Made by a program: the position numbers and the translations under genes
Notes under the pieces: generated by a model
Database searches by the model: none
What the model was told of the DNA's origin: nothing
What the model saw: only the letters and a program-made list of their open reading frames with translations
Source of the DNA: an uncultured Verrucomicrobiae bacterium
GTDB taxonomy: Bacteria > Verrucomicrobiota > Verrucomicrobiia > Chthoniobacterales > UBA10450
Reading direction: 5' to 3'
NCBI GenBank assembly: GCA_963801815.1
Contig: CAWDGJ010000002.1
Coordinates: 672,001 to 736,000, forward strand
DNA length: 64,000 bases
Part shown: in pieces, positions 21,486-32,900 of the stretch
How the letters are laid out: each line of letters starts with the position of its first letter
Position numbering within the stretch: position 1 is the stretch's first letter

Positions 21486-21887
21486 TTACGGACCGTATGG
21501 CGACCAGAACCCGGTGCTCGCTACGTCGGACAACACCGTGTAGTCGGCTGGCGGCACCTGCGGAATCGTGTCCACGGTCTGAGTACCGTAGGCCGTTCCC
21601 AGGAGGCTCTTGCCGTTATTGTAAAGGAGCGAACCCTTCTTCAGGTAGTTCGTCCAATCCGCAACTCCGACGAGATCGCCGGTTTTGCGGTTTGTTTCGA
21701 TCGCGTACTGGTCAACCGCTGAGTCGATCATGCGCAGATCGTTCAGAATACGGCTGGCCTGTGAGCGTTTGCGCGCCCGGAGAAATCCGGGAACGGCAAT
21801 CGCGGCGAGTAACGCGATGATCGCAACTACGATCATGATTTCCACGAGGGTGAAACCCGCGCGGCGTTTATTGATGGCGTTTAACAT
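21486..21887 (-). CDS. Type IV pilin-like protein (prepilin N-terminal cleavage/methylation motif), probable major pilin
   Basis: MLNAINKRRAG|FTLVEIMIVVAIIALLAAIAVP: G-1, F1, E5, P22; 133 aa. RBS-like AAAGAAAG upstream. Confidence 0.9.
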   Translation of the reverse strand: MLNAINKRRAGFTLVEIMIVVAIIALLAAIAVPGFLRARKRSQASRILNDLRMIDSAVDQYAIETNRKTGDLVGVADWTNYLKKGSLLYNNGKSLLGTAYGTQTVDTIPQVPPADYTVLSDVASTGFWSPYGP

Positions 21888-21954
21888 GCTATTGCTTTCT
21901 TTTGTTTGTTTGACTGCGCTCCACGATCTCCGATCGCGAAGTGAGCCAAATGTG

Positions 21955-21970
21955 AGCAGTGTTAATGCCA
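21955..21970 (-). promoter_or_regulatory. Sigma-54 promoter of the pilin gene
   Basis: Minus strand TGGCAT-TAACA-CTGCT with exact GG-N10-GC spacing, about 70 bp upstream of the ATG. Confidence 0.65.
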
Positions 21971-23814
21971 ACATCCCTGAAAACTAAGCCCCGAGCCGGG
22001 CGCTTCTTCCTAGGGCCAGATAGCCTGATTTTCCTCGTCGCCTTCGTCGATCGCCTATGGGCCCTTCTGCGGCTGACCCATTCAGCCCTTTTGATCCCCT
22101 CGCGGGGCGACATGCATTTTTACAACGACTGGGCGAGGCAAATCCTCCATGGACAATTCAGCCAGCCCCTCGCCTTTTATGGGCTACCCGGCTACGCCTA
22201 CCTCCTTGCGGGTCTCTACAAGGTCTTCGGCGAAAATCCCTTTATTCCGGGGTTGCTGCAGGCTGCTTTGGACGCTGGGACGGCCGTTCTCATCTTTCGC
22301 ATCTGCCTAGCCGTGTTAACACCTATTGGGTCGATGCCTATCGCCAAAGCGAGCATCGGAATCGCGCTGGCGCGGTCGGATGGGCGTTTTTCGTTCCCGC
22401 CCAAGCTTACTCAATCGTCCTCATGCCGACCACTTGGTTCGTTTTCGTTTTTTGGTTCGTGGTCTGGCGACTCGTCCGGACAAACGCGGCCCCAGCGGCT
22501 CTCGAGTGTTTTTTTCTCGCGGTCCTCGTCGGCATCGTGGCAACAGCGGTGGCCACAGTGCTCGCCGTTATTCCGCTAATGCTCGCAGCCATCGTCTTCA
22601 AGAAGGGAAACGGCGAGCGGCGGAGATTAATGACGCGCATCTTACTGTTGGTCGTCGGTCTGGTGCTCGGTACTTCGCCCTGTTGGGTGCACAATTATTT
22701 CATCGCGCACGATCCGGTCGCGTTGTCTGCCCACAGCGGCATCAACTTTTGGATCGGCAATAATCCTCAAGCCAACGGCTACCCGCGTTTTCCGCCAGGA
22801 TTACGTGCCGGCCAGGCTGCCATGCTTCAGGATTCCATCGATCAGGCTGAAGCGGCTGCCGGTCATTCCCTCAAACACGCGGAGGTCTCCGGCTATTGGT
22901 CGAGCAAAGCGAGAAACTTTATCGCTACCCAATTCAGCGACTGGTTGAAACTGCTGGGACTAAAGCTACGCAATTTTTGGAGCGCGTTTCAGTACGACGA
23001 TCTCAGCATCATCACGATTCTGCGCGAGGAAGGAGTGATTTTGCCTGGTCTTTATTTTGGCGTAGTCGCCGCCCTCGCGATTCCGGGAATTATTTTGGCC
23101 TGGCGTATCGCATCGGCATCGCGGTGGGTTCTTTCGGCGATCTTCTTGTCGATGATCTCGTTGCTGCCCGTTTTCGTCACCGAACGTTATCGACTCATCG
23201 TCGTGCCCGGTCTGGTGATTTTCGCGTTGGTCGGGTTATTGACCTTATGGCAGAAGATCGTCGTCGGCGACCTGCGGGCTGCGGCTCTGTACCTGGTGAT
23301 TCTTTTCCCATCAACAATGTTCGTTGCGTGGCCGCAACGTGATCCGTCGCTTTGGGCGCTGGACGCCTATAACGCTGGTTGGCAGGCGCTGGAATCAAAC
23401 AGTTTGGCGCTGGCCGAGAAGAAACTCGCCATCGCACATGCTTACGTCCCTGAAAATTCCGAAACCCTTTTTGCAATCGGTAATCTGCGCTTAGCGCAAA
23501 ACAATCCAGAAGCCGCTACTTCTTTTTATCGGGCCGTGCTGAAACTCGACACCCGGCACAAAGGCGCGTTCAACAATCTCGGAATCATCGCTCTCGAAGC
23601 CACCGATTACGAAACGGCCGAGACTTGGTTTCGACATGCCGCCGAGGTCGATCCTCGCAACGCCAAAACCCATTTTCTGCTTGCGAAAACTTTTCTCGGC
23701 AAAAAAGACCCTGCTGCTGCGCGCGCTGAAATCGACGCAGCGATCGCCCTCAAATCCGACCAGCCGGAGTTCATCGAGCTGAAAACCGAGATCGACAACC
23801 AGTTACTCCGCTGA
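21965..23814 (+). CDS. GT-C (PMT_2/ArnT-like) membrane glycosyltransferase with C-terminal TPRs (frameshift near 22370; start uncertain)
   Basis: GDMHFYNDWA and FYGLPGYAYLLAG (ORF 21959..22579), then SAHSGINFWIGNNP, ERYRL and TPRs (ORF 22057..23814). Confidence 0.75.
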
Positions 23815-23862
23815 TCCCCTGGCAGGGTTCGAGGGGCACTGAAGCTGCTGAGCTTCGGCACG

Positions 23863-25176
23863 ATGGAACTCTCTCTTCGGCGCGACTTGCAATTCGCAGC
23901 AGCTGAGACGAACCCCAGCGGGTTACGCACGCTTGCGGAGAATTCGCGGATTCGCCAGCAAAATGTTCTGATCATTGGAGCAGCGTTTGTTGGGTTCGTG
24001 CTAAAGCTAGCGATTGCTTTCAACACGTTCGGCACAAATGACGTCGCCGCTTTCTATATGTTCGCCGGATCGCTCCGCGAACACGGCTTGGAATGGACTT
24101 ACCGAAACGGTGTCATTTTTTTCTCGAATTTTCCTGTCTTCAATCATCCGCCAGTAACGGCCTACTATCTCGAGCTGATCGACCATCTTTCGAAGAATCC
24201 GCTACTTAGAGACTACGGCGTCACGTTTCCGTTTCTACTTCGGCTGCCGGGAATCATCGCTGATTTGATATCAGTTCTCGTTCTCGCGGCAATTCGCAAC
24301 ACGACTCCGACCCGCCAAATCCCAATGTGGGCAATGCTGCTCTTCGCCTTGAGTCCGGTCTCGATCATGGTTTCCGGGTTTCACGGGAACACGGATCCGA
24401 TAATGGTGATGTTCCTGATTGTTTCGGCCTACATGTGTTTGCGTGAGCGGCCAGTGCTTTGCGGAATTTTCTTCGCCTTGAGTTGTCAGATCAAAATCAT
24501 TCCGCTCCTTCTGTTACCGATTCCCTATTTCTTTTGGCTGAAACGCGGGACCGCCAGGCGATTTGTCGTTCCGTTCACGCTTTTGAGCATCGTATTGTGG
24601 ATACAACCGGTGACACAATTTCCCGCGCTTTTTCTTCGAAATGTTTTTTCCTACAACGGTTATTGGGGCAGCTGGGGAATCAGCTATTGGCTGAAATTAA
24701 CCCACTGGTCCCAGCTCGACGGCGGTTTTTTCAATCTCCCGACTGGCGCGGCTGCTATTTCATGGACACTGAAAATCGGGATTGTGGGTACGATAATTCT
24801 ACTGGCCTGGCGTCGACGCCACCTTTCTGACCGGGCGCTCCTGGATTCGTTCGCCTACGCGTGGGTTGTTTTCTTCGTCTTCGCTCCAAGCATTGGTTCG
24901 CAATATCTGGTTTGGCTGGCACCATTCATTCTCCTGCTTTCTCCGAAGTTTTACGGCTGGCTCACCCTCAGCACCACGTTAGCTCTCTTTTTTCTTTACA
25001 ACGATCTCACGGGCGGGTTGCCGTGGTACATCGGCATCGCCAGAAACAACTCCAACGGAATGGCCCCAATGGTTGCTTGGGGAATTTGGCCATGGGCAAC
25101 CCTGCTTGTTGGCGTGGCTCTTTTTTGGAAAGACGCGATCATGAGCCATGCGCATTTGCGCGCCGAGAGGGCGTAG
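23863..25176 (+). CDS. GT-C membrane glycosyltransferase (GT87/PIG-M-like)
   Basis: GTNDV, FNHPP, LRLPGIIAD, HGNTD, QIKIIP and QYLVW motifs; polytopic. Confidence 0.72.
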   Translation: MELSLRRDLQFAAAETNPSGLRTLAENSRIRQQNVLIIGAAFVGFVLKLAIAFNTFGTNDVAAFYMFAGSLREHGLEWTYRNGVIFFSNFPVFNHPPVTAYYLELIDHLSKNPLLRDYGVTFPFLLRLPGIIADLISVLVLAAIRNTTPTRQIPMWAMLLFALSPVSIMVSGFHGNTDPIMVMFLIVSAYMCLRERPVLCGIFFALSCQIKIIPLLLLPIPYFFWLKRGTARRFVVPFTLLSIVLWIQPVTQFPALFLRNVFSYNGYWGSWGISYWLKLTHWSQLDGGFFNLPTGAAAISWTLKIGIVGTIILLAWRRRHLSDRALLDSFAYAWVVFFVFAPSIGSQYLVWLAPFILLLSPKFYGWLTLSTTLALFFLYNDLTGGLPWYIGIARNNSNGMAPMVAWGIWPWATLLVGVALFWKDAIMSHAHLRAERA

Positions 25177-25179
25177 ATC

Positions 25180-26451
25180 ATGACCGAACCCCGGCTCGGC
25201 ATTCGTAAGATCGAGATCCTGTTGTTGGCGATCATATTCGTCGGCGGAATTTTTCTTCGAATCACCCCGCAGGCTTTTTCTCCGGGTGCAATGCTAAACG
25301 CGCTGGCCCCGATTCATCCCGAGCCGGCCTACAAAAAGTTGGGCTTTGATGAGGAGCTTTATCGCAAGTACGTAGACGCTCTCACCCAGGAAGGACTGAG
25401 TTCGTATCCCGGACTCGTTGAAGCCTACATCGAAGCGCAGCCAGAACTTAAGGGGCCCGTTCTTCCGCCGGTCCGCTTTCTCTACATCTTTACCGGTTAT
25501 TTATGGCACTCGTTGTTCGGAGTCGAAACACTTGAAGGTCTTCGTCAGATCGCGTCGTTGTTTAGTATCCTGACCCTGATATTGGCAACGGCGTTTGCAT
25601 GGCGGTTACGCGGCCCGAAATGGGCCTGCGCCATCGCGGCCTTGATGGCATTCGCGCCGACGCAGCTCCACATGTCCCAACACGCGCTAATCGACGGTTT
25701 CTTCACCTTCTGGGCGCTGCTCGCACTTTGGTTACTCTGGGAAAACTTAACCGTGCCGAATGATTGGCGACGACTCCTCGCTTATGGCATTGGTCTCGCC
25801 CTGCTTGTCATCACAAAAGAGAATTCGTTTTTCTTCTGGCTGGCGATTGTTGCGTTGATCATTGCCAACCGCTGGCTGCAATTCGGAACTACTACCCGTT
25901 CGCTGTTGCTCGTCACAGTTGCCGGTCCGCTACTCGGAGTCGTGATCCTCGCTTTCTTATCGGGCGGTTTTGGCACCTTGATCGAGACATATCGCTTGCT
26001 CGTGACCAAAGCGTCCACGGCACGATACGCCATTCTGACTGGCGACGGACCGTGGTATCGCTACCTGGTCGATCTGATGCTCGTCAGTCCGATCATTCTG
26101 GCTCTCGCGATTGGCGCAGTGTTCAGACTGAATCGAGCGATGAAGCCGGAGCTTTATTTCGCGATCTTTATTGCCGCGAGTTATGTCGTGATGTGCAACG
26201 TGAAATATGGAATGAACCTGCGCTATGCCAACATGTGGGACATGCCGCTGCGGTTTCTCGCGCTGAGTTGCCTTTCCAGTCTCGTTGAACCGTTCGCTCG
26301 TTACCGGAATCTAATCTTCGGTGTCGCGGTGGCGCTGATCGCCGCTTTTGAGTTCCATCAATACATCATTCTGGCAGTGCGTTACCCGCTCTACGAGTTG
26401 ATCACGCACGACATTCTTCAGGCGCTAAGAATCCTGAAAACACCTTACTAG
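25180..26451 (+). CDS. GT-C membrane glycosyltransferase (GT39/PMT_2-like)
   Basis: GFDEELY (DE motif in the first loop), PP, APTQLHMSQHALID, ITKE, PWYRY and LRY; polytopic. Confidence 0.72.
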   Translation: MTEPRLGIRKIEILLLAIIFVGGIFLRITPQAFSPGAMLNALAPIHPEPAYKKLGFDEELYRKYVDALTQEGLSSYPGLVEAYIEAQPELKGPVLPPVRFLYIFTGYLWHSLFGVETLEGLRQIASLFSILTLILATAFAWRLRGPKWACAIAALMAFAPTQLHMSQHALIDGFFTFWALLALWLLWENLTVPNDWRRLLAYGIGLALLVITKENSFFFWLAIVALIIANRWLQFGTTTRSLLLVTVAGPLLGVVILAFLSGGFGTLIETYRLLVTKASTARYAILTGDGPWYRYLVDLMLVSPIILALAIGAVFRLNRAMKPELYFAIFIAASYVVMCNVKYGMNLRYANMWDMPLRFLALSCLSSLVEPFARYRNLIFGVAVALIAAFEFHQYIILAVRYPLYELITHDILQALRILKTPY

Positions 26452-26460
26452 CTCTCGCGA

Positions 26461-28008
26461 TCAAGCGGCTCGGATCAGCGCTTCGGCCTTTGATCCGCTG
26501 CTGGAAATCGTTTCCTGCAGCAAATTGTTGACGGTTGGACGCGCTTCCGCCCGGATGAAAATCTGGTAAGCGAAAAGACCCTTGCTCAAACGAATCAGCA
26601 CCGCGTTCAGCGTCAAGAGCAGTCGCGACAGAAACGTTCGGCCCAACGCGAGCGGAAACGGCGCAGGAATCCCACGCAATTCGAGAATCTTGTAGCCTGA
26701 CTGAGTTAACAGTTCGCTAATCGACCGGAACGTGAACAAACGCGTATGGGTCACGTCCAGAATTCCCTTTTTGCCGTAATTGAGCTGACCGAGCGTCAGC
26801 ATGAATCGAGTCGCAAAAAATCCGATGTTCGCCGTGGTCAAGATGATCTCCGGCCGCTTGCAACCGGTCGCGAACCGCAGTTCATCCATAAAATGCGCCG
26901 GATCCTTCAAATGTTCGATGATATCGAGCAAAAAAATCTGATCGAATTGCGAAACGTTGATTGGAAATTCGGCGCGATCCAAATCCCAGCGGACGAAATC
27001 CATGTTCTTCCGTCGCACATCGTCACTCGGAATGTAACGATCCAATCCGGTGACGTGGCAGCCGAGCTTCGCAAACTCAGCGCCGACCCGGCCTTGGCCG
27101 CAACCGATATCTAAAATTCTGCGGCCCGGTTTGGCCGCCGCGATCGCCGCGGTATGCGAGGAAGCGTATCCGAGCTTTAGATGATAAATCTCCTCGACCG
27201 CCTCAACGTCGTAGCGTCGATCGTAAAAGAGTGACAACTGACACAACCGTGCCCGCACCGTGGTTTTGAAAATATTCCAGGCGTACTTCATCGCGTCGCG
27301 GTAAGGAATTCCGTCGCCGTAAAACATTGGAATGGCCGCTTCCAGAATTCGGAGTTTCTTCAACAGGAATTGAATGACGATCTCAGTGTCGAAATGGAAA
27401 TCGTTCGTGTTTTTCTCAAACGGGATTTGGGCAAGAGCGCGGGTCGCGTAAATCCGATAACCGCAGTGAAAATCCGAAAGCTCCGTGCCGAGCACAGCGT
27501 TCTCGAACGCCGTAAACACGCGATTGCCGATCCATTTGCCAAAAGGCATGCCTGCTCGCAGGGCCGCATGTTTGTCGATCAATCGCGAGCCCAGCACCGC
27601 GTCCGTTTTGTCCTCGATCACCGGTTTCAGTAACGCTGGCAATTTCTCTGGAGCGTATTTTCCATCGCCATGGAGTAATGCGACGATGTCGAACCCGTTG
27701 TCTATCGCGTACCGGTAACCGAGCTTCTGATTGCCTCCATAACCCTGGTTTTCGGGTGTGCGCAGGACGGTGATTTTGAATTCCGAGTTCTGCTGCTGAT
27801 AGCCGACGCCGCGAGCAAAGGTTTCGTCGCTTGAAGAATCGTCGATGATCAGCACTTCGGTGTCGTTCGTCCGCAACGCTGGCGGGATCCGGCGCAACAC
27901 TTTTTCGATCGTCGCTTCGGCGTTGTAAGCGACGATGAAAATTAGCAGCCGTTTGTCGGCAAGATCGACATCCTCGGACGCAAAACGATCCAGCTCGTTT
28001 AGACGCAT
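26461..28008 (-). CDS. Fused GT2 (polyprenol-phosphate glycosyltransferase-like) and class I SAM methyltransferase
   Basis: IVAYNAE, IIDDSSSD, NQGYGGNQK, HGDG and FHFDTEI in the N-half; ILDIGCGQG, LLDIIEHL and GILDVTH in the C-half. Confidence 0.85.
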   Translation of the reverse strand: MRLNELDRFASEDVDLADKRLLIFIVAYNAEATIEKVLRRIPPALRTNDTEVLIIDDSSSDETFARGVGYQQQNSEFKITVLRTPENQGYGGNQKLGYRYAIDNGFDIVALLHGDGKYAPEKLPALLKPVIEDKTDAVLGSRLIDKHAALRAGMPFGKWIGNRVFTAFENAVLGTELSDFHCGYRIYATRALAQIPFEKNTNDFHFDTEIVIQFLLKKLRILEAAIPMFYGDGIPYRDAMKYAWNIFKTTVRARLCQLSLFYDRRYDVEAVEEIYHLKLGYASSHTAAIAAAKPGRRILDIGCGQGRVGAEFAKLGCHVTGLDRYIPSDDVRRKNMDFVRWDLDRAEFPINVSQFDQIFLLDIIEHLKDPAHFMDELRFATGCKRPEIILTTANIGFFATRFMLTLGQLNYGKKGILDVTHTRLFTFRSISELLTQSGYKILELRGIPAPFPLALGRTFLSRLLLTLNAVLIRLSKGLFAYQIFIRAEARPTVNNLLQETISSSGSKAEALIRAA

Positions 28009-28083
28009 GCCTCTCCGGCAGCTAGAACCGCGCCAGCCGATTGTCAGCTGACGAATCGGGCGTGATCCGGTTGACGAGAAACT

Positions 28084-29859
28084 TTAGGACAATGCCGAAT
28101 CGGCGGCTGCGAGGATGAGTTTGTCGTCATTATCGCCCAGATCAGCAAGAAAACTGCGGATTCTTCGGAACGATTGCCTCAGGAAAAGCTCGGCCGCGGT
28201 GTTCTTCTGCGACGGCGATCCCCCATTTCGCTGGGAAAATTGAATCTCCGCATCCCATCGGCTCAGCGTTGCCGCTGATGCGAATAAATCCATCGCCGCG
28301 CCGGCAATTCGTTCCTGCACCAGCTGCATGTCCAGAATCGGTTCGCGATAAAGGATCAGGGACTTGTTGACTGCCAGGTTGAACCGCCAGATCAATCGCC
28401 CGAGCTGGTTAGCCAATGATTTCAGTTCGGCGCTGCGCACGGGCACGTCAGGAATTCGCACAGTAGCGCCGAGACGATTCATGCCCGCGCTCCAAGCTTT
28501 GCCGATTCCGCCTTCGCGCGTCGGTTTCAACACTGTGTCGTAAATTTCCTTGAACTCCATGCCCGGCCCACGCATCCCGACAAGCGCGACGAATGATTTC
28601 AGAACTTCGTTGCTGCCTTCGCCGATCTGGTTGATGCGCGCGTCGCGCAACATTCGCTCGAGTGGACAATCGGTCATGTAAGCCGCGCCGCCATGGATCT
28701 GAAAAGCTTCGTTTACGCATTCCCACAGCAGCTCGGTCGTGAAGACTTTCAACATCGCGGTTTCGACCATGTAATCTTCGAGGCCGCGATCGATCAGCGA
28801 CGCCGTGATCGTCGTCATCGCTTCCATTGCATACGCGTCGGCCGCGATCCGCGCGATTTTCTTTTTCACCAAGTGAAAGTTGGCGAGCGTCTTATTGAAC
28901 TGTTTGCGAGTGTTCGCGTGGTTAATCGCAAGTTGTAAGCAAGTCTTCGCCGCACCGGTGCAGCACGCGCCAAACGTGGTGCGTCCAAAATCAAGAACTG
29001 TCAGCGCGACTTTCAAACCTTTGCCGAACGGTCCAAGAATATTTTCTTTCGGCACCCTGACGTTGCGCAATGCGAACCGGCCAGTCGCCGTTCCGCGGAT
29101 TCCCATTTTTTCCATTCGCGGCTCAATCAGGTCGAAACCTGGCATATCGGGCGTAACCAAAAACGCAGTGATCGCGTCCTTGCCCGGTTTCCCCGGGACT
29201 GGCGTGCGGGCCATTACCGTTAAAACATGCGCGATCGCGGTGTTAGTGATGTAGCGCTTTTCACCATTCAATATGTAATGGGACCCGTCTTCGCTCGGTG
29301 TTGCCGTCATTTGCACGTTGGCGGCATCCGAGCCTGCTTCACGTTCCGTCAATGCGAATGCTCCGAGCCATTCGCCTGTGCAAAGCTTGGGCAGCCATTT
29401 CTGTTTTTGCTCATGCGTTCCGAACAACAAAAGCGCGCGAATTCCTATCGAATGATGCGCATTTACAAAAACCGATGTTGATGCGCAACGAGTCCCTAGT
29501 TCTTCCAAAATCTTCGTGTTCGCCAGCTGTGAAAAATCGTGGCCGCCGTACTCTGCCGGCGCGGTCATCCCCAACACGCCGACTCGCCCAAGGCCGTCAA
29601 TCACTTCCCGCGGAATGTCTGCCTGTCGATCAATCGCCGTCGGATCGAGCTTGGCGTCGAGAAATGCGCGCAACTCCTTCAACGTTTGATCGAGCTGAGT
29701 TTGCTGCGCCTCTAGGATCCGCGGATACGGCATCACCCAGTCGGACACGAAGTGCCCGGCGAACAGGCCTTTGACGAAACCAAGGGCCTGCGGGCCGGTG
29801 AACAACAGCTCCTCGGCCTGCTGCATTTCCTTCTGTCTTTGGAGTTCCGCTTCAGTCAT
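28084..29859 (-). CDS. Acyl-CoA dehydrogenase (long, VLCAD/ACAD9-like)
   Basis: AFALTEREAGSDA, LNGEKRYITN, KMGIRG, RKQF, QIHGGAAYM and IGEGSNEV. Confidence 0.92.
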   Translation of the reverse strand: MTEAELQRQKEMQQAEELLFTGPQALGFVKGLFAGHFVSDWVMPYPRILEAQQTQLDQTLKELRAFLDAKLDPTAIDRQADIPREVIDGLGRVGVLGMTAPAEYGGHDFSQLANTKILEELGTRCASTSVFVNAHHSIGIRALLLFGTHEQKQKWLPKLCTGEWLGAFALTEREAGSDAANVQMTATPSEDGSHYILNGEKRYITNTAIAHVLTVMARTPVPGKPGKDAITAFLVTPDMPGFDLIEPRMEKMGIRGTATGRFALRNVRVPKENILGPFGKGLKVALTVLDFGRTTFGACCTGAAKTCLQLAINHANTRKQFNKTLANFHLVKKKIARIAADAYAMEAMTTITASLIDRGLEDYMVETAMLKVFTTELLWECVNEAFQIHGGAAYMTDCPLERMLRDARINQIGEGSNEVLKSFVALVGMRGPGMEFKEIYDTVLKPTREGGIGKAWSAGMNRLGATVRIPDVPVRSAELKSLANQLGRLIWRFNLAVNKSLILYREPILDMQLVQERIAGAAMDLFASAATLSRWDAEIQFSQRNGGSPSQKNTAAELFLRQSFRRIRSFLADLGDNDDKLILAAADSALS

Positions 29860-29993
29860 AGGCAATTTATTACGCCGTAGGTCGCCGCGGCGACCCAAGC
29901 CGAGAGCGACCGCCGTCGAACGAACGGCGGTCACGAATTGTAGCTAACCCACAGCGTCTGTCCAACGTTGTAGGTGAGGTTTGGCCACGTTGG

Positions 29994-32900
29994 CTAGCTG
30001 CAGCCCTGGCTGGTGCCGCACTCCGTGCAAACGCCACAGGCGCCGGCCCGGATCACTTTGTCGCTGCCGCAGTGGGAGCAGACGATGTCCATGAACATGT
30101 TCCCGAGTGCTTCCTGCACGCGGTCGGCATGGCTGTGGCCGTTCCCCGCGATCTGTCCCGCCATGGCGGGACCGTCGTTCGGAATATGATTCGTGATCAC
30201 GTCGAGAATTTCCTTTTCGCCAGTCCGCGCGAGATCAGAAACAGGGCGATTGAGCGCCTTCTTTTCCATCTCCGGAATTTCTTTCATCGGCAGCTCGCCT
30301 TGGCCGCGATTCGGTGAAGTCGCTTCCTTGTAACCTTTGATGAACTGGCAAGCCAGCCAGCGGAACACGTAGTCGGTGATGCTGGTCGCGTTGCGGATGT
30401 CAGGATTCTTGGTGAACCCGCTCGGCTCGAATCGTTGATAGGCGAACTTTTTGACGAGCGATTCCAGGGGCACGCCGTATTGGAGCGCGATCGAGGTGAG
30501 CGTTCCGACGGTGTCCATCAAGCCGCCGATCGTGCTGCCTTCCTTCGACATGGTGATAAACAGCTCACCCGGTTGGCCGTCTTCATACAAACCGACCGTG
30601 ATGTAGCCTTCGTGGCCCGCGATCTCGAACCGATGGGTCAACGACATCCGCGTGTCGGGCATTCGATGTCGAATTGGTTTGTCGACCTTGTCGCGCATTT
30701 CTCGAAGTTCGTCTTCGAGCTCAAGGATTCGTTTTTGGAAATCTTCCCGATCGACCGTGACGTCAAGCGCCACATCGATGTCTTCGGTGGTGCCGCCCAT
30801 GTCGCGGGTCTTTCGCGTGTTCAACGGAGCGGAGCGTTTCGAGCCTTCGCGATAAATAGCGATCGATTTCAATCCGAGTCGCCAGCCTTCAATGTAGCTG
30901 TTCGTGATGTCGTCAACCGTTGCGGCTTCGGGCAGGTTCACTGTTTTCGAAATCGCGCCGCTCAAGAACGGTTGCGCTGCAGCCATCATCCGCAGGTGCG
31001 CCATATAATTAAGAGAGCGTTCACCTTTGAATGGTTTGAACGCGCAATCGAAGATCGGCAAATGCTCCGGCTTCAATCCGGACGCAATGGTCGTTCCGTC
31101 GGAATCGATCACGTCCTCAATCGTATCGAGCGCGTCGATGTGCGCGATGATCCGGTCGATCTCCTCCGAATTGTAACCAAGTTTTTCCAGCGCGGGCTTG
31201 ACGGTTTGGTTCACGATTTTCAACATTCCGCCACCGGCGAGCAGTTTGTATTTCACTAACGCGATGTCCGGTTCGATTCCGGTCGTATCGCAATCCATCA
31301 GGAAACTGATCGTTCCAGTCGGTGCTAGCACCGTGACCTGGGCGTTGCGATAACCGTGACGTTTGCCAAGTTTCGCGGCGCGGTCCCATGTTTTCGCCGC
31401 CTCCTTCTTTAGATAAGCGAATTCGTCGATATCTGGAATCTCGTTCACTGCGCACTCGTGCAGATCGATCACTTCGAGCATCGACGCGACATTGCTTTTC
31501 GCGACCGGCTTGGGAACGCCGCTGCAGCGCGCCTCTTTGTAGCCCGGGAATGGGCCAAGCGCCTCGGCCATGCGGGCGCTCTGTTCGTAAGCTTCGCCAG
31601 TCATGATCGACGTGACGGCGCCGCAAAGCGCGCGGCCTTCCGTGCTGTCGTATCCGTAACCGTAGCTCATGATCAACGAACCGAGATTTGCGTAACCCAG
31701 TCCGAGCGTGCGGAAAATGTGTGAGTTCTCCGCGATCTCCTTGATCGGATAACTGGCGTTGTCGACCACGATTTCCTGCGCGGTGATGAAAACGCGAACT
31801 GCGGCCTTGAAACGTTCAACATCGAACGTGCCCTCGGCGGTCTTGAACTTCATCAGGTTCAGCGACGCGAGATTGCAGGCCGTGTTGTCGAGAAAGAGAT
31901 ATTCGCTGCACGGATTGGTGGAGTTTTGGCGACCGGTGCCTTTGCAGGTATGCCATTTATGAATCGTGGTATCGAATTGCATTCCGGGATCGCCGCAAAT
32001 GTGCGTCCCTTCGGCGATTTTTCGGAGCAACGTGCGGGCGTCTTTGCGCTCACAGGGTTGGCTGTCAGTGACCCGGCGGGTCCACCATTCTTTGCCTTCC
32101 AGCGCCGCGTCCATGAACTCGTCGCTTACCCGCACGCTTAGGTTTTCGTTTTGATACATGACCGAGCCGTAGGCGTCACCGTTGTAGCTGCCGTCGTAAC
32201 CTTGCTCGATCAACGCCCACGCTTTCTTTTCCTCCTTTTGCTTGGCATCGATGAATTCTTCAATGTCCGGGTGCCAATCTTTGAGCGTGTTCATCTTCGC
32301 GGCACGGCGCGTCTTGCCGCCGCTCTTCACCACGTTCGCCACTTGATCGTAAACTTTCAGGAACGAAAGCGGACCGCTCGGCTTGCCGCCGCCGCTCAAT
32401 TTTTCCTTTGTCGATCTTAACGTGGAAAGATCGGTGCCAGTGCCGCTGCCGTATTTGAACAGCATCGCCTCGCTCATCGCCAGACGCATGATGTCTTCCA
32501 TCGTGTCTTCGACGTTTTGAATGAAACAGGCGCTGCCTTGCGGATATTCGTATTGGGTCGGTGCGCGCTCGGCCTTTCCAGTCGCGCGATTATAAAAATA
32601 ATTTCCCGCACCGGCGTTCTTCCCGATGCCGTACTCGATGATAAAGACCGACGTTGAACCAGACCGGCGAATTGAACGCGCCGTGTTGATTCAAACAAAG
32701 CCAGGTCAGCTCGTCGTAAAAAATTTCCGCCGCCTCCGCATCGGCAAAATATCCGTCCGCGATTCCCCAATCGGTAATCGTCCGCGTTACACGATGAATC
32801 AGTTCCCGCACTGAGCTTTCGCGTCCGCCCTTGTGAGGGTCAGTTCCGTGCGCGATGTCGCCGTAAAAATATTTCGAGACTGCAATTTTGGTCGCGAGCG

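Noticed and set aside
21486..21887. Electrically conductive (e-pilin) interpretation
   Set aside because: F1, F24 and Y50 are present, but position 27 is Ala and the pilin is full length. The evidence is insufficient.
29880..29932. Intrinsic terminator after nrdJ
   Set aside because: Two hairpins (GGTCGCCGCGGCGACC and GACCGCCGT/ACGGCGGTC) are present, but there is no U-tract, so function cannot be assigned.
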